64,000 nucleotides of DNA, taken from NCBI GenBank assembly GCA_963717155.1, contig OY970326.1:677532-741531 (forward strand), read 5' to 3'. Every line of letters starts with the position of its first letter. Position 1 is the stretch's first letter. Source of the DNA: an uncultured Actinomycetes bacterium (GTDB lineage: Bacteria > Actinomycetota > Thermoleophilia > Gaiellales > JALYLC01). Under the pieces are notes generated by a model. The model ran no database searches, had not been told where the DNA came from, and saw only the letters and a list, made by a program, of their open reading frames with translations. A program made the translations under genes and the position numbers. Positions 28,977-41,153 of the stretch are shown here, piece after piece.

Positions 28977-29980
28977 ATGGGATCGCCGCTCGAGCTCGTG
29001 CGCGCCTGGGTCGACGCCGGAACGGTGCCGGGTGCCGCCGCCTGCGTCGTCGATCGATCCGGGGTGCATCGACGAGGTGTACGCCGGCGTACGCGTCGCC
29101 CGCGGGGACGAGCCGGTCGGTCCCGGGACACGCTTCGCGCTCGCCTCGCTGACGAAGCCGCTGACTGCCGCCGCGTGCATGTGCGCCGTCGAGGAGGGCC
29201 TCCTCGGGCTCGACGAGGAGGTGCGAGACGGGTTCACGCTCCGCCACCTGCTCTCGCACTGCTCGGGCCTGCCGGCCGACAGCGCCGCGATCGACGCGCC
29301 CCTGGTCGACCCGCCGGGCACCTACCGGCGCTACTCCAACGCCGGGTACGCGCTCGCCGGGCGGCTCGTCGAGCAGGCGGCCGAGATGCCGTTCGGCGAG
29401 TACCTGCGCGCGGCGGTGCTCGACCCGCTCGGCATGGACGCGTCGCTCGGCCTCGACCCGGCGGACGCGGGCCGCGCCGCGGTCGTGCGCGAGCCGGGGC
29501 TCTGGGCCGGCGGGCGAGCCGTTCTTCAACAGCGACGCGTTCCGTGCAGCCGCGCTGGCCGAGAGCGGCGGCTTCGCGACCGCTCGGGCGTACGCTCGCT
29601 TCCTCGCCTGCCTGCTCGACGGCGGCCGTGCGGCCGGCGGCCGGCTGCTCGCGGCCGAGACCGTCGGCGAGATGCTCTCCACCCAGTTCGGCGAGCTGCC
29701 CGGCACCGTCGAGGCCCTCGCGACGTGGGACGCATGCGCGTGGGGCCTCGGCCTCGACGTGCGGGGCACGCGCGAGCCGCACTGGACGGGCGACGCGTTG
29801 ACGGCGACGGCGAACACCCACTTCGGCAGCTCGGGCGCGCTCGCATGGATCGACCGCGAGCGCGGGCTCGGTCTGGTCGCGCTCGCCAGCCGCAGCTCCT
29901 ACTCGGGCTGGTGGTCGCGTCCGGGCGGCTGGCCCGACCTCTCGTCCGCGGTTGTGGCGGGCTTCACTGCGCAGCCTTGA
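28977..29980 (+). CDS. Serine hydrolase, beta-lactamase/PBP-like family (frameshifted)
   Basis: FALASLTKPLTAAA (SxxK), YRRYSNAGYALAGRLVE (YxN), GFTLRHLLSHCSGLP. C-terminal frame THFGSSGALAWIDRERGLGLVALAS. Confidence 0.8.
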
Positions 29981-30876
29981 GCGCGCTCGGGCTCGCATCC
30001 ACGACCTCGAAGTCGGCGCCCGTGATACGACCGAGCGCGTGCAGGTCGTCGTCGTTGAAGTGCGGGTTGCTCGCCCCGGAGATGTACCAGGGGCTTCCGT
30101 TGTCCGCGAGGATCATCCCGTACGTCTTGAGCGCCTGCAGCACGACTCGCGCCTGCCGCCCGTAGCCCGAGATGTCGACCGAGGCCTTCAGCCGCACGCG
30201 CAGGCCCATCGGCGGGAGGCCCGGATCGGCGTCGCCCGCGTCGTGTCGCGCCGGCCAGATGTGGTGGTTCGACGTCCGCGAGGCGGTGAAGCGGAGCGCG
30301 TGGTTGATCACGCCGGCCGCGACCTCGTCGTAGCGCACGAGCCCGGGCAGGATCGGTAGGCCCGCCGCGTCGGCGCTCGTCCAGCCGTTCGGGCGCAGGT
30401 GGTTCGAGCGCAGGTTCCAGATCGCGCCCGAGCCGGCGTGCCATGTCCCACCCTGCCGCACTGCCGCGAACAGCTCGTAGAGCTTGCAGCTGTCGCGGTC
30501 GACGAGCAGCACGTGCCGGTCCGAGCCGCCCTCGATGTGCGGGTGCGCGGGCAGCGGGTACGGCCCGCGATCCGACTCGTCCGCGTACTGGAACGAGACG
30601 TGCACCTTCTTCGTCGCGTGCCCGACGACCGTGTACGGGATGCCGTAGCCCGGCGTAGCAGCCGAAGTCGGGATGCACCGGCGAGTCGAGTCCGATCGCG
30701 CTGATCATGGCGTCCGAGTCGGGCGCGACCGGCAGCTTGTCGACCCGCTCGTTCCACGGGTTGTTCGCCGGGAAGATCGGGCAGTTGCGTGCGCCGGGAA
30801 CGGTCGGCGGGGCCGCGGCAAGGCTCGTCGACGGCTGTCGCGGCGAGCACCAGGAGGGGAGTGCAATCCATCGCAT
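29964..30876 (-). CDS. Secreted protein of unknown function (one or two frameshifts near the 5' end)
   Basis: 213-aa intact C-terminal ORF (HVSFQYADESDRGPYPLP...GAIWNLRSNHLRPNGWTSADAAGLPILPGLVRYDEV...). Upstream frame ...CPIFPANNPWNERVDKLPVAPDSDAMISAIGL. Hydrophobic N-terminus MDCTPLLVLAATA. Confidence 0.55.
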
Positions 30877-30899
30877 GCCTCTCACTCTACGATCCCCGC

Positions 30900-31433
30900 A
30901 TGCCCCAGAACCGTTTTGCCAAGCCTGCTCAACGAGCAGATCGCCCACGAGTTCTCCGCCTCCCAGCAGTACATCGCGATCGCGGTGTACTACGACGGGG
31001 ACGCGCTCCCCCAGCTCGCCGGCCACTTCTACCGGCAGGCGCTCGAGGAGCGCAACCACGCGATGATGATCGTCCAGTACCTGATGGACGCCGATCTGCC
31101 GGTCACGATCCCGGGCATCGACGGGCGTTCAGCAACGAGTTCGCCAACATCGCCGAGCCGGTCGCGCTCGCCCTCGATCAGGAGCGGCGCGTGTCCGCCC
31201 AGATCGCGGCCCTCGCGTCGGCGGCGCGCGAGGACGGCGACTTCATGGGCGAGCAGTTCATGCAGTGGTTCCTCAAGGAGCAGGTCGAGGAGGTCGCGAG
31301 CATGACGACGCTCCTGCGCGTCGTCGAGCGGGCGGCCGACAACGCGCTGCAGGTGGAGGAGTACCTCGCGCGCGAGAACGCCTCCGAGGCGGCCGACCCG
31401 ACGGCTCCTCGCGCTGCCGGCGGCGCGCTCTGA
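30900..31433 (+). CDS. Ferritin (non-haem, Ftn-type; frameshifts near 30915 and 31125)
   Basis: LLNEQIAHEFSASQQYIAIAVYYDGDALPQLAGHFYRQALEERNHAMMIVQYLMD, then EPVALALDQERRVSAQIAALASAAREDGDFMGEQFMQWFLKEQVEEV. Confidence 0.85.
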   Translation: MPQNRFAKPAQRADRPRVLRLPAVHRDRGVLRRGRAPPARRPLLPAGARGAQPRDDDRPVPDGRRSAGHDPGHRRAFSNEFANIAEPVALALDQERRVSAQIAALASAAREDGDFMGEQFMQWFLKEQVEEVASMTTLLRVVERAADNALQVEEYLARENASEAADPTAPRAAGGAL

Positions 31434-31439
31434 CGCCCG

Positions 31440-31944
31440 TACGGGCCTACCGGTTCTGCCCGCACTGCGGCACGGCCTACCCTGGCCCGCCCGACGGCGT
31501 GCGGCAGGCCTGCGACGCCTGCGGCGAGTCGACCTACCTCAGCCCGAAGCCGGCTGCCTGCGGCGTCGTGGTCGACCGGGCGCGGCCGCGTGCTGCTCGG
31601 TCGGCGTGCGCGCGATCCGCGCGCCGGTCTCTGGGACGTCCTGGGTGGCTTCCTCGAGCCGGGCGAGACGCCCGAGGCCGCGCTCGTGCGCGAGCTGCTC
31701 GAGGAGACCGGCCTCGAGTGCACGGTCGGGCGCTACCTCGGCGGCTTCCCCGACATGTACGGCGACAGGACGGCGACGCGACCTCAACCTCGCCTTCGAG
31801 TGCCACGTCGGCGAGGGTGAGCCGCGGGCGGCCGACGACGTCGCCGAGCTCGCGTGGTTCGCGCCGTCGGAGCTCCCGCCGCCGGAGCAGTTCGCGTTCC
31901 CGAACAGCGTCGCGATCCTCGACGCCTGGCGCGCGTCGATCTAG
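31440..31944 (+). CDS. NUDIX hydrolase with N-terminal zinc ribbon (frameshifted; start approximate)
   Basis: YRFCPHCG...CDACG, then the Nudix box [25 protein letters not shown]-terminal frame ...[33 protein letters not shown]. Confidence 0.8.
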
Positions 31945-32092
31945 GGGTCTGGTCACGCGGGGGAGCATGATGGCGCGCTTGATGTGCTCGGTGCCGCCGT
32001 TGCCAGGCTGAGCGCCAGGTTCACGATGACGACCCCGCGGCGCGCGCCGACGCGGGAGCTGCATGTGGATCGTGTGCGTGCCTCGCTTCATC

Positions 32093-34429
32093 TTACTGCT
32101 TCATCGGATGCATGCCGGGCACTCCGACCATGCCGACCGTCAGCTTGCCCGCGTTGGCGAGCTGGACGCGGAGCCCGACGGTTCCGTTCCCGTCGACGTC
32201 GTCTGCTTGAGGTCGAGCGGCGGCTTCTGGACGATGACGGTGATGTGCGCGGCGGGCCGTCGTCGCCGACCTGTGCGGTGACGTCGTAGGTGCCCGACGG
32301 TCGTGGAACAGGTGCGACACGTACTGCCCCTGGTCGTCGACGTCTTGTCGCCGAACGCCCACTTGATCGGCTGGTGTCGGTGGCAGACGGCGGCGGTCGC
32401 GTGGAGCGTAGATCGGCCGGTCGGTGCGGGCCGCGCGAGACGCGTCGCCGGCGATCGTGACGGCGATCGCCGCCGGCGCGACCACGTGATCGGGATCGTC
32501 TGCTGACACGGGCTGCGCGCTTCCGTCGGTGGCGGAGAGCGTGACCTGGCCCGTCCCGATGAACCCGGTGTCGGGCACGAAGTTCACGCCGCCCCCGCTC
32601 GGCTGGAGCTTGCCGTGCACCGGGTTCGACGCGGTGAGGGTCACCGAGTCGCCGTTCAGGTCGGATGCGCAGTTCGCCGCGGTGATCGAGACGGGCGTGT
32701 TCTCGTTGGTCGTCAGCGAGGTGCACGTGATCATGGGCGGGGTGTTCACGATGTTCAGCTTGACCGTCATCGTCGACTGGTGCACCCCGTCGTCGAGCCT
32801 GATCTGCACCTGGTCCGGTGCCCTCCACCTTCGGAGCCTGGTACATGAACGCCGGCACGTTCGGGTCGGGGATGCTCGGCCGTGCCGATCGCGCCCTGCT
32901 GCGCGATCGAGTACGTGAGCGGGTCGGCGTCGGCGTCGGTCGCGCCGAAGTTGACCGGCGATCGTGCACGTTCTTCGGGACGGTCGACGGCTGGCGCATC
33001 GACGCCCGACGGGCGTCGTCGACTGGTGCAGGAGCACCGTCGAGTACACGTCCTCGTTCTGCGGGTGCCCTGGCCCAGGTTGCGCGTGTCCGCCCAGGCG
33101 ATGAGCGTCCAGGCGCGACCGATCGGCACGCGCGGCACCTCGTCCATGCCGAGCCGCGAGCCGAGCGTCGGTGACCCCGGGAACGTGGCCGGAACCGGTG
33201 ACGATCGGGGTGCTCTCGACCGGGACGCTCTGCGACCAGGTCTCCGACGTTCAGGCTCCGGTCGGATGGTTCGAGGCCGACGCGGCGACGACGTAGCCGC
33301 CCGGCGCGGAGGTCGAAGAAGGCGACGTCTGCGCGACCGTCGGGGGCGATCGCGATCGACGGGTCGAACTGGTCGCCGGAGCCCGCGTCGGCCGGGACGC
33401 GCACGGGCTGGCCGAAGGTCGCCGCCGTAGTCGCGCGAGGTCGCCGAGAACACGTCCATGCTGCGCGGCGTCGGTCTGCTTGGCCCACGCGACGACCACG
33501 CGCCCGTCGGAGCCCGCCGCGATCGCTGGGGCGCACGCTGCACCGGGAGCCCGCCGAGCGAGGCCCGGGGTCGCGCGCCGAGCCGTCGACCGTGACCGGC
33601 GTCGGCGCAGCTCGGCGCGAGGCTGGGGTCGCCGGACGGCGAGCACGTCGTGACGAGCACCTGGCCCGGGAGTTCGACGCGTCGTAGTAGGCGATCGCGA
33701 CGTTGCCGTTCGGGCAGCGCGGCGATCGACGGGTGCTCGTACTGCGCGTTCGGCCGGGTCGCCGGGACCGGGTGAGACGTTCCCGATGGGCTGGTCGCCC
33801 GTTCCGTCGAGCGGACGCTGTGACGACGCGGATGAGCGAGGGCGCCGCCGCTGCAGTCCTGTCTTCGTGTACGCCACGTAGATGCGCCCGGTCGACGGGC
33901 TGTACGTGATCGACGGGTCGGTGTTCACCAGGTTCGGGCCGTTGGGCGCGAGCTGGATACGTGTTCCAGCTGGTTCCGCCGTCGGTCGAGACTACAGGTA
34001 GAGGCCGGCAGCGGTGTCGCACGGGTTCTGCGGAGCGGCCGAGTCCCGGCCGACCTCGACCGCGTAGACCTTGTTCCCCGGGCCCCAGATGACGTCGGGC
34101 GAGCCGCCGCTGAGGTCGATGCCGTCGAAGCGTCGGGAGGAAGCCGCGATCGATCCAGGTCGTCGCCCCGCTGGTCGACGAGATCGTCCCGGTCGCGTAG
34201 CCGGTCTGCGGTTCGAGCGGCCCCGAGCGCCAGTCGGTGTCGAGCGCGACGGCGCGCACGTTCGTCCCACCTGCCGGATCGACGGCGATCGCGGGGCCGA
34301 CCTGCGCATCCGGAGACTCACCAGCGCCTTGACCGCTGTCGTGGTCTGCGGCGGGTCCGCGAGCGCAACGCCGACGACCGCGAGCGCGCCGGCGGCCAGG
34401 AGGAGCAGAATGAGCGGTCGTCGTCGCAT
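32093..34429 (-). CDS. Secreted BNR/sialidase-like beta-propeller protein with C-terminal cadherin/Ig-like domains (heavily frameshifted)
   Basis: Signal MRRRPLILLLLAAGALAVVGVALA. BNR (SxDxGxTW/F) motifs VVSTDGGTSWNT and SRDGGATFGQP. C-terminal ATDADADPLTYSIAQQG and VNTPPMITCTSLTTNENTPVSITAANCASDLNGDSVTLTASNPVHGKL. Confidence 0.65.
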
Positions 34430-34511
34430 GCCTTGTCGGTCTCACGCAGGGAGCCACGCAGGACCGCGGTCGCGGGGCAGTGGTACTTACCAGGCTACCA
34501 TCCGCCAGCGA

Positions 34512-37500
34512 ATGAGCGGATTTGCATTTCGTGCTGTTCCTCCCGAGCCCGACCACCCCGCGCTCGAACATCGCGTGCTCGAGCGCTGGGAGCGCGAGCG
34601 CACGTTCGAGCGTCTGCGCGAGCTGCGCGAGGGCGGACCGAGCGTTCTCGTTCTTCGACGGCCCGATCACGGCGAACAACCCGATGGGCGTCCACCACGC
34701 GTGGGGCCGCTCGCTGAAGGACCTGTTCCAGCGCTACCAGGCGTCGCTCGGCAAGGAGCTCCGCTACCAGAACGGGTTCGACTGCCAGGGGCTGTGGGTC
34801 GAGGTCGAGGTCGAGAAGGCGCTCGGGCTCAACTCGAAGCGCGACATCGAGACGTACGGCCTCGAGCGCTTCGTGCGGGCCTGCCGCGACCGGGTCGCCG
34901 AGTACTCCGGCGTGCAGACGCGAGCAGTCCAGAGCGGCTCGGCATGTGGATGGACTGGGAGCGGTCGTACTTCACGATGACCGACCCGAACATCTCCTAC
35001 ATCTGGGGCTTCCTGCAGGAGTGCCACCGTCGCGGCTGGCTCTACCGCGGCCACCGGCCGATGGTCTGGTGCGCGCGCTGCGGCACCTCGCTCTCGCAGC
35101 ACGAGGTCACGGCGACCGACTCCTACCGCGATGTCGTGCACACCGCGCTGACGGTGCGCTTCCGCCTGCTCGACGCGGACGACGAGCACCTCCTGATCTG
35201 GACGACGACGCCCTGGACGCTGCCGGCGAACGTCGCCGCGGCGGTCAACCCGATCGGCGACCTACGCGCGGGTCGGACACGGACCTCGCGCGCGTACATC
35301 GTCGCGGCCGATCGTGTCGAGGCGATGTTCGGCGCGCACGCGCAGGATCGAGTCGACGTTCCCCGGGTCCGAGCTCGTCGGCCGGCCGTACGCGACGGGC
35401 TTCGACGAGCTGCCCGTCCAGCAGGAGCGTCGAGCACCGCGTGATCGCCTGGGACGACGTCGCGCTCGACGAGGGCACCGGAGTCGTCCACATCGCCCCC
35501 GGCTGCGGTGCCGAGGACTTCGAGCTCGGCGTCGCGCGACGGCCTGCCCGTGCTGACTCCCGGTCGACGACGCGGGCGCGTTCTACGACAACTACGGCTG
35601 GCTGCACGGCGTGCACACCCACGAGGCGACCGAGCGGATCGTCGACCACCTGGGCCGCAACGGCTGGCTCTTCCGCGAGGAGCCCTACCCGCACCGCTAC
35701 CCGGTCTGCTGGCGCTGCGGGACCGAGCTGATCTTCCGCGTCGTGGACGAGTGGTTCATCTCGTGCGACGAGGTGCGCGAGCCGATGATCGACGGCCAAC
35801 CGCGACGTCGAGTGGACGCCGTCGCACTACGGCAAGCGCATGGAGGACTGGCTCCACAACATGGGGGACTGGTGCATCTCCCGCAAGCGCTACTGGGGCC
35901 TGCCGCTGCCGTTCTACCAGTGCCCGGAGGGCCATCTCACGGTCGTGGGGAGCAAGGAGGAGCTGCTCGAGCGCGCGACCCAGGGCGTCGAGGGGCTGGA
36001 GGAGCTGCACCGACCGTGGATCGATCCGGTGCGCATCCGCTGCGGCGAGTGCGAGGGCGAGTCCGAGCGCGTGCCCGAGGTGGGCGACTGCTGGCTCGAC
36101 GCCGGCATCGTCCCCTTCTCGACGCTCGGCTACGGTCGCGACGAGTACCTTCCCGAAGGCTTCGCCGCAGGCGCGGGGGAGGGGCTCACGAAGGCCGACC
36201 TGCCCGACCACGCCTACTGGGAGCGCTGGTTCCCGGCCGACTGGGTCTCGGAGATGCGCGAGCAGATCCGGCTCTGGTTCTACTCGCAGCTCTTCATGTC
36301 GGTCGCGCTCACGGGCAAGGCGCCGTATCGCGCCGTGCTCGGCTACGAGAAGCTGAACGACGAGGTCGGGCGACCCATGCACAAGTCGTGGGGCAACGCG
36401 ATCTGGTTCGACGACGCGATCGAGAAGATGGGCGCCGACGTGATGCGCTGGCTGTTCGCGGGCCAGCCGCCCGGCCAGAACATGAGCTTCGGCTACGGGC
36501 CGGCCGAGACCGTGCGCCGGCGCCTGCATCCGCTGTGGAACAGCTACCGCTTCCTCGCGCTGAACGCGGGCCCCGAGGGCTTCCGCCCCGACCCCGCCGA
36601 GCGTGAGCACGGGCCCGCGCTCGGAGCACCTGCTCGACCGCTGGCTGCTCGCGCGCGTCCAGGAGCTGGCGCGCGACGCGCGCGATGCGCTCGACCGCTG
36701 GTCGACGCCCGAGTACGTGCGGGCGTGCGAGGGGTTCTTCGACGATCTCTCGAACTGGTACGTGCGCGGCTCTCGCCCGCGCTTCTGGGCGGGCGATCGG
36801 ATGGCGTTCGCCGTGCTGCACCACGCGCTCGAGCGTGTCGCGCGCGTGATCGCGCCCGCAATGCCGTTCCTCGCAGAGGAGCTCTGGGAGGGCCTCGTCG
36901 TCGACCCGCTCGGAGACGAGGCGCCCGACTCGGTGCACCTCGCGGGCTTTCCCGAGGTCGACGACGCCCTGCTCGACGAGGGGCTGCTGGCCGCGATGGC
37001 CGAACGCCCGCGCGGTCGTCGAGCTCGGCCACCAGGCACGCGCCGAGGCCAGGCAGCGCCTGCGCCAGCCGTTCGCCTCGGCCGCGATCGGGTCGGCCGA
37101 CCCGTCGCTACTCGCCGGTCTCGAGAGCCTGTCGGAGGTGATCGCGGGCGAGCTCAACGTCAAGCGCCTCGAGTTCGTGACCGACGCAGGATCGCTCCTC
37201 GAGCGCCAGCTGATCCCGAACTTCCGCGTCCTCGGGCCGAAGCTCGGCGCGCGCGTGCAGGACCTGAAGGCCGCGCTCTCCGCGGGCAGCTACGAGCCCG
37301 ACGAGGCAGGGCGCGTGCAGGTCGGCGATCTCGTGCTCGAGCCCGGCGACTACGAGCTGCGCGTCCGCCCGCGCGAGGGGTTCGAGGCGGTCGACGACGG
37401 CCGCTTCGTGGTCGCCGTCGACACGCGCATCACCGACGAGCTCGCCCGCGAGGGTCTCGCACGCGATGTCGTGCGCCACCTGCAGACGGTGCGCAAGGAT

Positions 37501-37698
37501 CTCGGTCTCGAGGTGTCCGACCGGATCGTCGTGCGCTACGCCACCGACGATACGGAGCTCGCGCTGACGCTCGACGAGCACGGCGAGTCGATCGCGCGCG
37601 AGGTGCTCGCCGAGAGCTTCACGAACGGCGCCGTGAGCGGCCATCCGTTCCCCTCCGCCGAGCGTCCGAGAGGGTTCTTCGAAGTGCGTCGCGCGTGA
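34512..37698 (+). CDS. ileS: Isoleucine--tRNA ligase, type 2 (at least 8 frame switches in this assembly)
   Basis: [105 protein letters not shown] (KMSKS-type), and a C-terminal intact 186-aa frame. The pieces are distributed over all three + frames. Confidence 0.95.
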
Positions 37699-38366
37699 CG
37701 GGCGCGCAGGCGCGTCCTGCGTTCCGACCCGGTGCGGTGGTGTTCGACTGCGACGGGTTGCTGCTCGAGACCGAGAGTCGGTGGACGCTCGCCGAGGAGG
37801 CGATGTTCGCGCGCCGCGGCGTTGCCTTCACGCTCGAGCTCAAGCAGCAGATGCTGGGGACGTCGCGCGAGGTCGGGTCGCTCCTGCTCGCCCAGCAGCT
37901 CGGCCTTCCGCCCGAGGATGCGCCGTCGCTCGGCGCGGAGCTGGACGAGCGTTTCGCCGACGCGCTCGCGACACACGGCACCGAGCCCATGCCCGGCGCG
38001 CTCGACCTGCTGCAGGCGCTCGATCCACTCGTGCCTCTCGCGGTCGCCTCGAACAACGGCGAGGCGATCGTCCGTATCGCGCTCGAGCTCGCAGGGATCT
38101 CGCTCCACTTCCAGGCGGTCGTCTGCGCGGGAGCGGAGCACCCCGGCAAGCCGGCGCCCGACGTCTACCTCGCAGCGGCCGCCGCGCTTGGTGTCGACCC
38201 GCTGCTGACGGTCGCGCTCGAGGACTCCCAGACCGGAGCGACGGCGGCACGGGCCGCGGGCTGCTTCACGATCGGCATCCCGTCGTTTCCGGGAACGCCG
38301 CTCCCCGCGCACGCCGTGTACGGCTCGCTCGCCGAGGTCGGCCTCGCCGAGCTCGGGCTCTCGTAA
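37695..38366 (+). CDS. HAD-superfamily hydrolase (beta-phosphoglucomutase-like subfamily)
   Basis: AVVFDCDGLLLETE (DxDG motif I), LAVASNN (motif II), GKPAPDVYLAAA and ALEDSQTGATAARAAG (motifs III/IV). The GTG start overlaps the ileS stop (GTGA). Confidence 0.85.
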   Translation: MTGAQARPAFRPGAVVFDCDGLLLETESRWTLAEEAMFARRGVAFTLELKQQMLGTSREVGSLLLAQQLGLPPEDAPSLGAELDERFADALATHGTEPMPGALDLLQALDPLVPLAVASNNGEAIVRIALELAGISLHFQAVVCAGAEHPGKPAPDVYLAAAAALGVDPLLTVALEDSQTGATAARAAGCFTIGIPSFPGTPLPAHAVYGSLAEVGLAELGLS

Positions 38367-38392
38367 GGGGGCCCGTCGCGTAGCCTGCCGGC

Positions 38393-39464
38393 GTGCTCGT
38401 TGTCTGCGCGCCCGACAAGCTCCGCGGCGCTCTCGACGCTCAGGCTGCTGCGGCAGCGCTTGCACGCGGTGCCCGTCGCTCGGGCGCCGAGACGTGCGAG
38501 CTTCCGCTCGGCGACGGCGGTGAGGGCACGCTCGATGCGCTTGTCGCGAGCGGGCACGCGCGCGTCGAGCACGTCACGGTCCGCGATCCGCTCGGGCGCC
38601 CCGTACGCGCCCGCCTCGGCCTGCTGCTTGATGGCTCGTTCCTGGTCGAGGCGGCCGAGGCTGTCGGCCATGCGCGACTGGCCGCCGGCGAGCGCGATCC
38701 GCTCGTTGCCACCAGCGCGGGGGTCGGCGACCTCCTGAGCGCCGCGCTCGATCGTGGCGCCCGGCGTGCCCTGGTCGCGCTCGGAGGGACAGTCACCGTG
38801 GACGGCGGTCTCGGACTGCTCGGCGCACTTGGCGCGCTGTCCGACGACCAGGCCGGCCGATCGCTGCTCGCCGATCCGACGCCCCTGCGAGGCGGGCTCG
38901 ATCCCAGGCTCGCAGGGGTCGAGCTCGTCGCGCTTCACGATGTCGACGTGCCGCTCTCCGGGCCCGATGGCGCTGCGCGCCTGTTCGGCCCGCAGAAGGG
39001 GCTTCTCCCAGCCGACGTCCCCGTGATCGACGATGCGCTCGCACGGCTCGGCGCGCGGCTCGGCTCCGGTATCGCGCAACGCCCGGGCGCGGGCGCGGCC
39101 GGTGGCCTCGGCGCCGCGCTGTACTGGCTCGGCGCGTCGGGCGAGTCCGGCGCGGAGGCCGTCGCGACGATCGTCGGGCTCGATGCCGCGCTGCAGGGCG
39201 CCAGCGTCTGCCTGACCGCCGAAGGAGCGGTGGACCGACAGAGCGCGCACGGCAAGACCGTCGCCGCCGTCGCGCGGGCGTGTGCCCGCGCGGGCGTCAC
39301 CTGCTACGTGCTTGGCGGACGCATCGAGCCCGAGGGTGGTGCGCTGCTCGAGATGCTCGGCGCTCGCGTGCATCGCGCTCGGGCCTCCCGAGCGGCCGCT
39401 CGCTGCCGCGCTGGCCGCCGCAGCCGCCGACCTCGAGCGCATCGCCGCGGAGGTCACCGCGTGA
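38393..39464 (+). CDS. Glycerate kinase (one frameshift near 39380)
   Basis: LVVCAPDKLRGAL, LPLGDGGEGTLDAL, VALGGTVTVDGGLGLLGALG, LSGPDGAARLFGPQKG, GAGAAGGLGAAL, LTAEGAVDRQSAHGKTVAAVARAC. Confidence 0.85.
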
Positions 39465-40078
39465 GGCCGTGGCGCGACGCCAGGGTGATCTTCGTCCTCG
39501 CCGTCGTCGCGGGGCTCGCGATCATCCTCCTGCTGCGCGCGTCGCAACCGCCGACCCCCACCCGAGCGCTCGCGCTGAACTATCGGCCGGTGTCGTCCGC
39601 GGACATCGTCGCCTTCTACGTCGCGCATCACTCCCAGCTCGCGAACGAGCGCACCGCCGCGGCGATCCTGCACGCGGCGGCGCGTCACAACGTCGACCCG
39701 GGCGTGCTCGTCGCCGTCACGGGACAGGAGCAGTCGTACGTACCGCTCGGCGACGATCCGCGGATCGCGAAGAACCCGTTCAACGTCTACGGCTGCTGGT
39801 GCAAGACGAACATTCCCATCGAGGAGTCGGCCGAGGTCGCGGCCGGCACGATCGCGCATCGGCTGCGCTGCCTGCCGCAGCGCCGCGGCTCGAACCTGAT
39901 CGTGTGGATCAACTCGTTCGCCAACCCGTGCGTCAAGCAGGAGGGCGTGTATGCCGAGGATCGCCACTGGGGCGTCGGCGTCGCGCTGATCTATCGCGAC
40001 ACCGTCGCGCCGGCGCTGGGCCTGGATCCGCACAACGCGGTCCTCGGCCGAGCACCATCAATCTCTAGTTTAGGCTGA
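39461..40078 (+). CDS. Membrane-anchored protein of unknown function
   Basis: GTG start overlapping the upstream stop (GTGA). TM helix VIFVLAVVAGLAIILLL, then a 170-aa soluble part (...NVDPGVLVAVTGQEQSY...NPFNVYGCWC...). No motif I can name with confidence. Confidence 0.5.
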   Translation: MRPWRDARVIFVLAVVAGLAIILLLRASQPPTPTRALALNYRPVSSADIVAFYVAHHSQLANERTAAAILHAAARHNVDPGVLVAVTGQEQSYVPLGDDPRIAKNPFNVYGCWCKTNIPIEESAEVAAGTIAHRLRCLPQRRGSNLIVWINSFANPCVKQEGVYAEDRHWGVGVALIYRDTVAPALGLDPHNAVLGRAPSISSLG

Positions 40079-40109
40079 TGTGTGGAGTGACCGATGACCG
40101 GTCACTTCA

Positions 40110-41078
40110 CTAGAGCTGGCCGGTGGCGATCGGCCGGCTGATCTCTCGGGGCAGCGCGAAGTGCACGTCCTCGTCGATCACGTCGTGCTCGGCGACATCG
40201 GAGACGCCTCGCTCGCGGAACCACTCGACCACCCGCTCGACGAGCCACTCGGGCGCCGAGGCGCCCGATGTGATGCCCACGGTCCCCGCGTCGACCAGCC
40301 AGCGCTCGTCGATGTGCGTCTGGTCGTCGATCAGGTAGGCGGGAACGCCCTGATCGCGCGTGACGTCGACGAGGCGCTGCGAGTTCGACGAGTTGGCCGA
40401 GCCGATCACAAGCACCAGGTCGACCTCTCGCGCGAGCGACTTCACCGCGAGCTGGCGGTTGGTCGTCGCGTAGCAGATGTCGTCCTTCGGGGGCCCGACG
40501 ATTGCCGGGAACCGCTCGCGCAGGCGAGCGACGACCGCATTGGTCTCGTCGACCGAGAGCGTCGTCTGGGTCACGTACGCGACGCGCTCGGGGTCGATCG
40601 GCTCGAGCCCCGCGACATCGTCGACGCTCTCGACGAGCGTGATCGCGTCAGGCGCCTCGCCCTTCGTACCGACGACCTCCTCGTGGGCCGCGTGGCCGAC
40701 GAGGAAGATCGTGTACCCGCTCTCCGCGAAGCGGCGAGCCTCCTTGTGCACCTTGGTGACGAGCGGACACGTCGCGTCGACGGTGCGGAGGCTGCGCGCG
40801 GATGCGTTCAGGTAGACCTCGGGCGCCACGCCATGTGCGGAGAGCACGCAGATCGCCCCCTCGGGCACGTCCTGCTCGGACTCCACGAAGATGGCGCCCC
40901 GCTGCTCGAGGCGCCGCACGACGTGGATGTTGTGCACGATCTGCTTGCGCACGTAGACAGGCGGACCGTGCTGCTCGAGCAGGCGCTCGACCGTGTCGAC
41001 TGCGCGCTCCACCCCCGCGCAGTACCCGCGCGGGCGGGCGAGCAGCAGTCGGCGGGTCGGGATCCGGTCGTCTGCCAT
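40110..41078 (-). CDS. ispH: 4-hydroxy-3-methylbut-2-enyl diphosphate reductase
   Basis: MADDRIPTRRLLLARPRGYCAGVERAV, VYVRKQIVHNIHVV, VLSAHGV, DATCPLVTKVH, VGHAAHEEVVG, VTQTTLS, ICYATTNRQ, VIGSANSSNSQRL. The track ORF start (41492) is an upstream run-on. Confidence 0.95.
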   Translation of the reverse strand: MADDRIPTRRLLLARPRGYCAGVERAVDTVERLLEQHGPPVYVRKQIVHNIHVVRRLEQRGAIFVESEQDVPEGAICVLSAHGVAPEVYLNASARSLRTVDATCPLVTKVHKEARRFAESGYTIFLVGHAAHEEVVGTKGEAPDAITLVESVDDVAGLEPIDPERVAYVTQTTLSVDETNAVVARLRERFPAIVGPPKDDICYATTNRQLAVKSLAREVDLVLVIGSANSSNSQRLVDVTRDQGVPAYLIDDQTHIDERWLVDAGTVGITSGASAPEWLVERVVEWFRERGVSDVAEHDVIDEDVHFALPREISRPIATGQL

Positions 41079-41153
41079 CGTGCCGAAGGGTAGCGATTCC
41101 CCCTGGCTCGCCGGAGACACGTCGTCGGGGTCAGGTGGTAGGCTCGGTGCGGG

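Noticed and set aside
34430-34511. Possible T-box leader upstream of ileS (GGGGCAGTGGTAC...TACCAGGCTACCA, with TGGTA able to pair with either TACCA)
   Set aside because: Only ~80 nt separate ileS from the divergent gene. I could not find a Stem I or an AUC specifier, and the match to the conserved GGGUGGUACCGCG T-box core is partial. An Infernal scan with the Rfam T-box model would be needed before any claim.
34512-37698. Interpreting frameshifted ileS (and similar core genes) as true pseudogenes
   Set aside because: ileS is essential. All motifs are intact apart from the frame changes, with no in-frame nonsense mutations or deletions. The blockwise distribution of shifts fits consensus indel errors. 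These genes are kept as CDS with a caveat.
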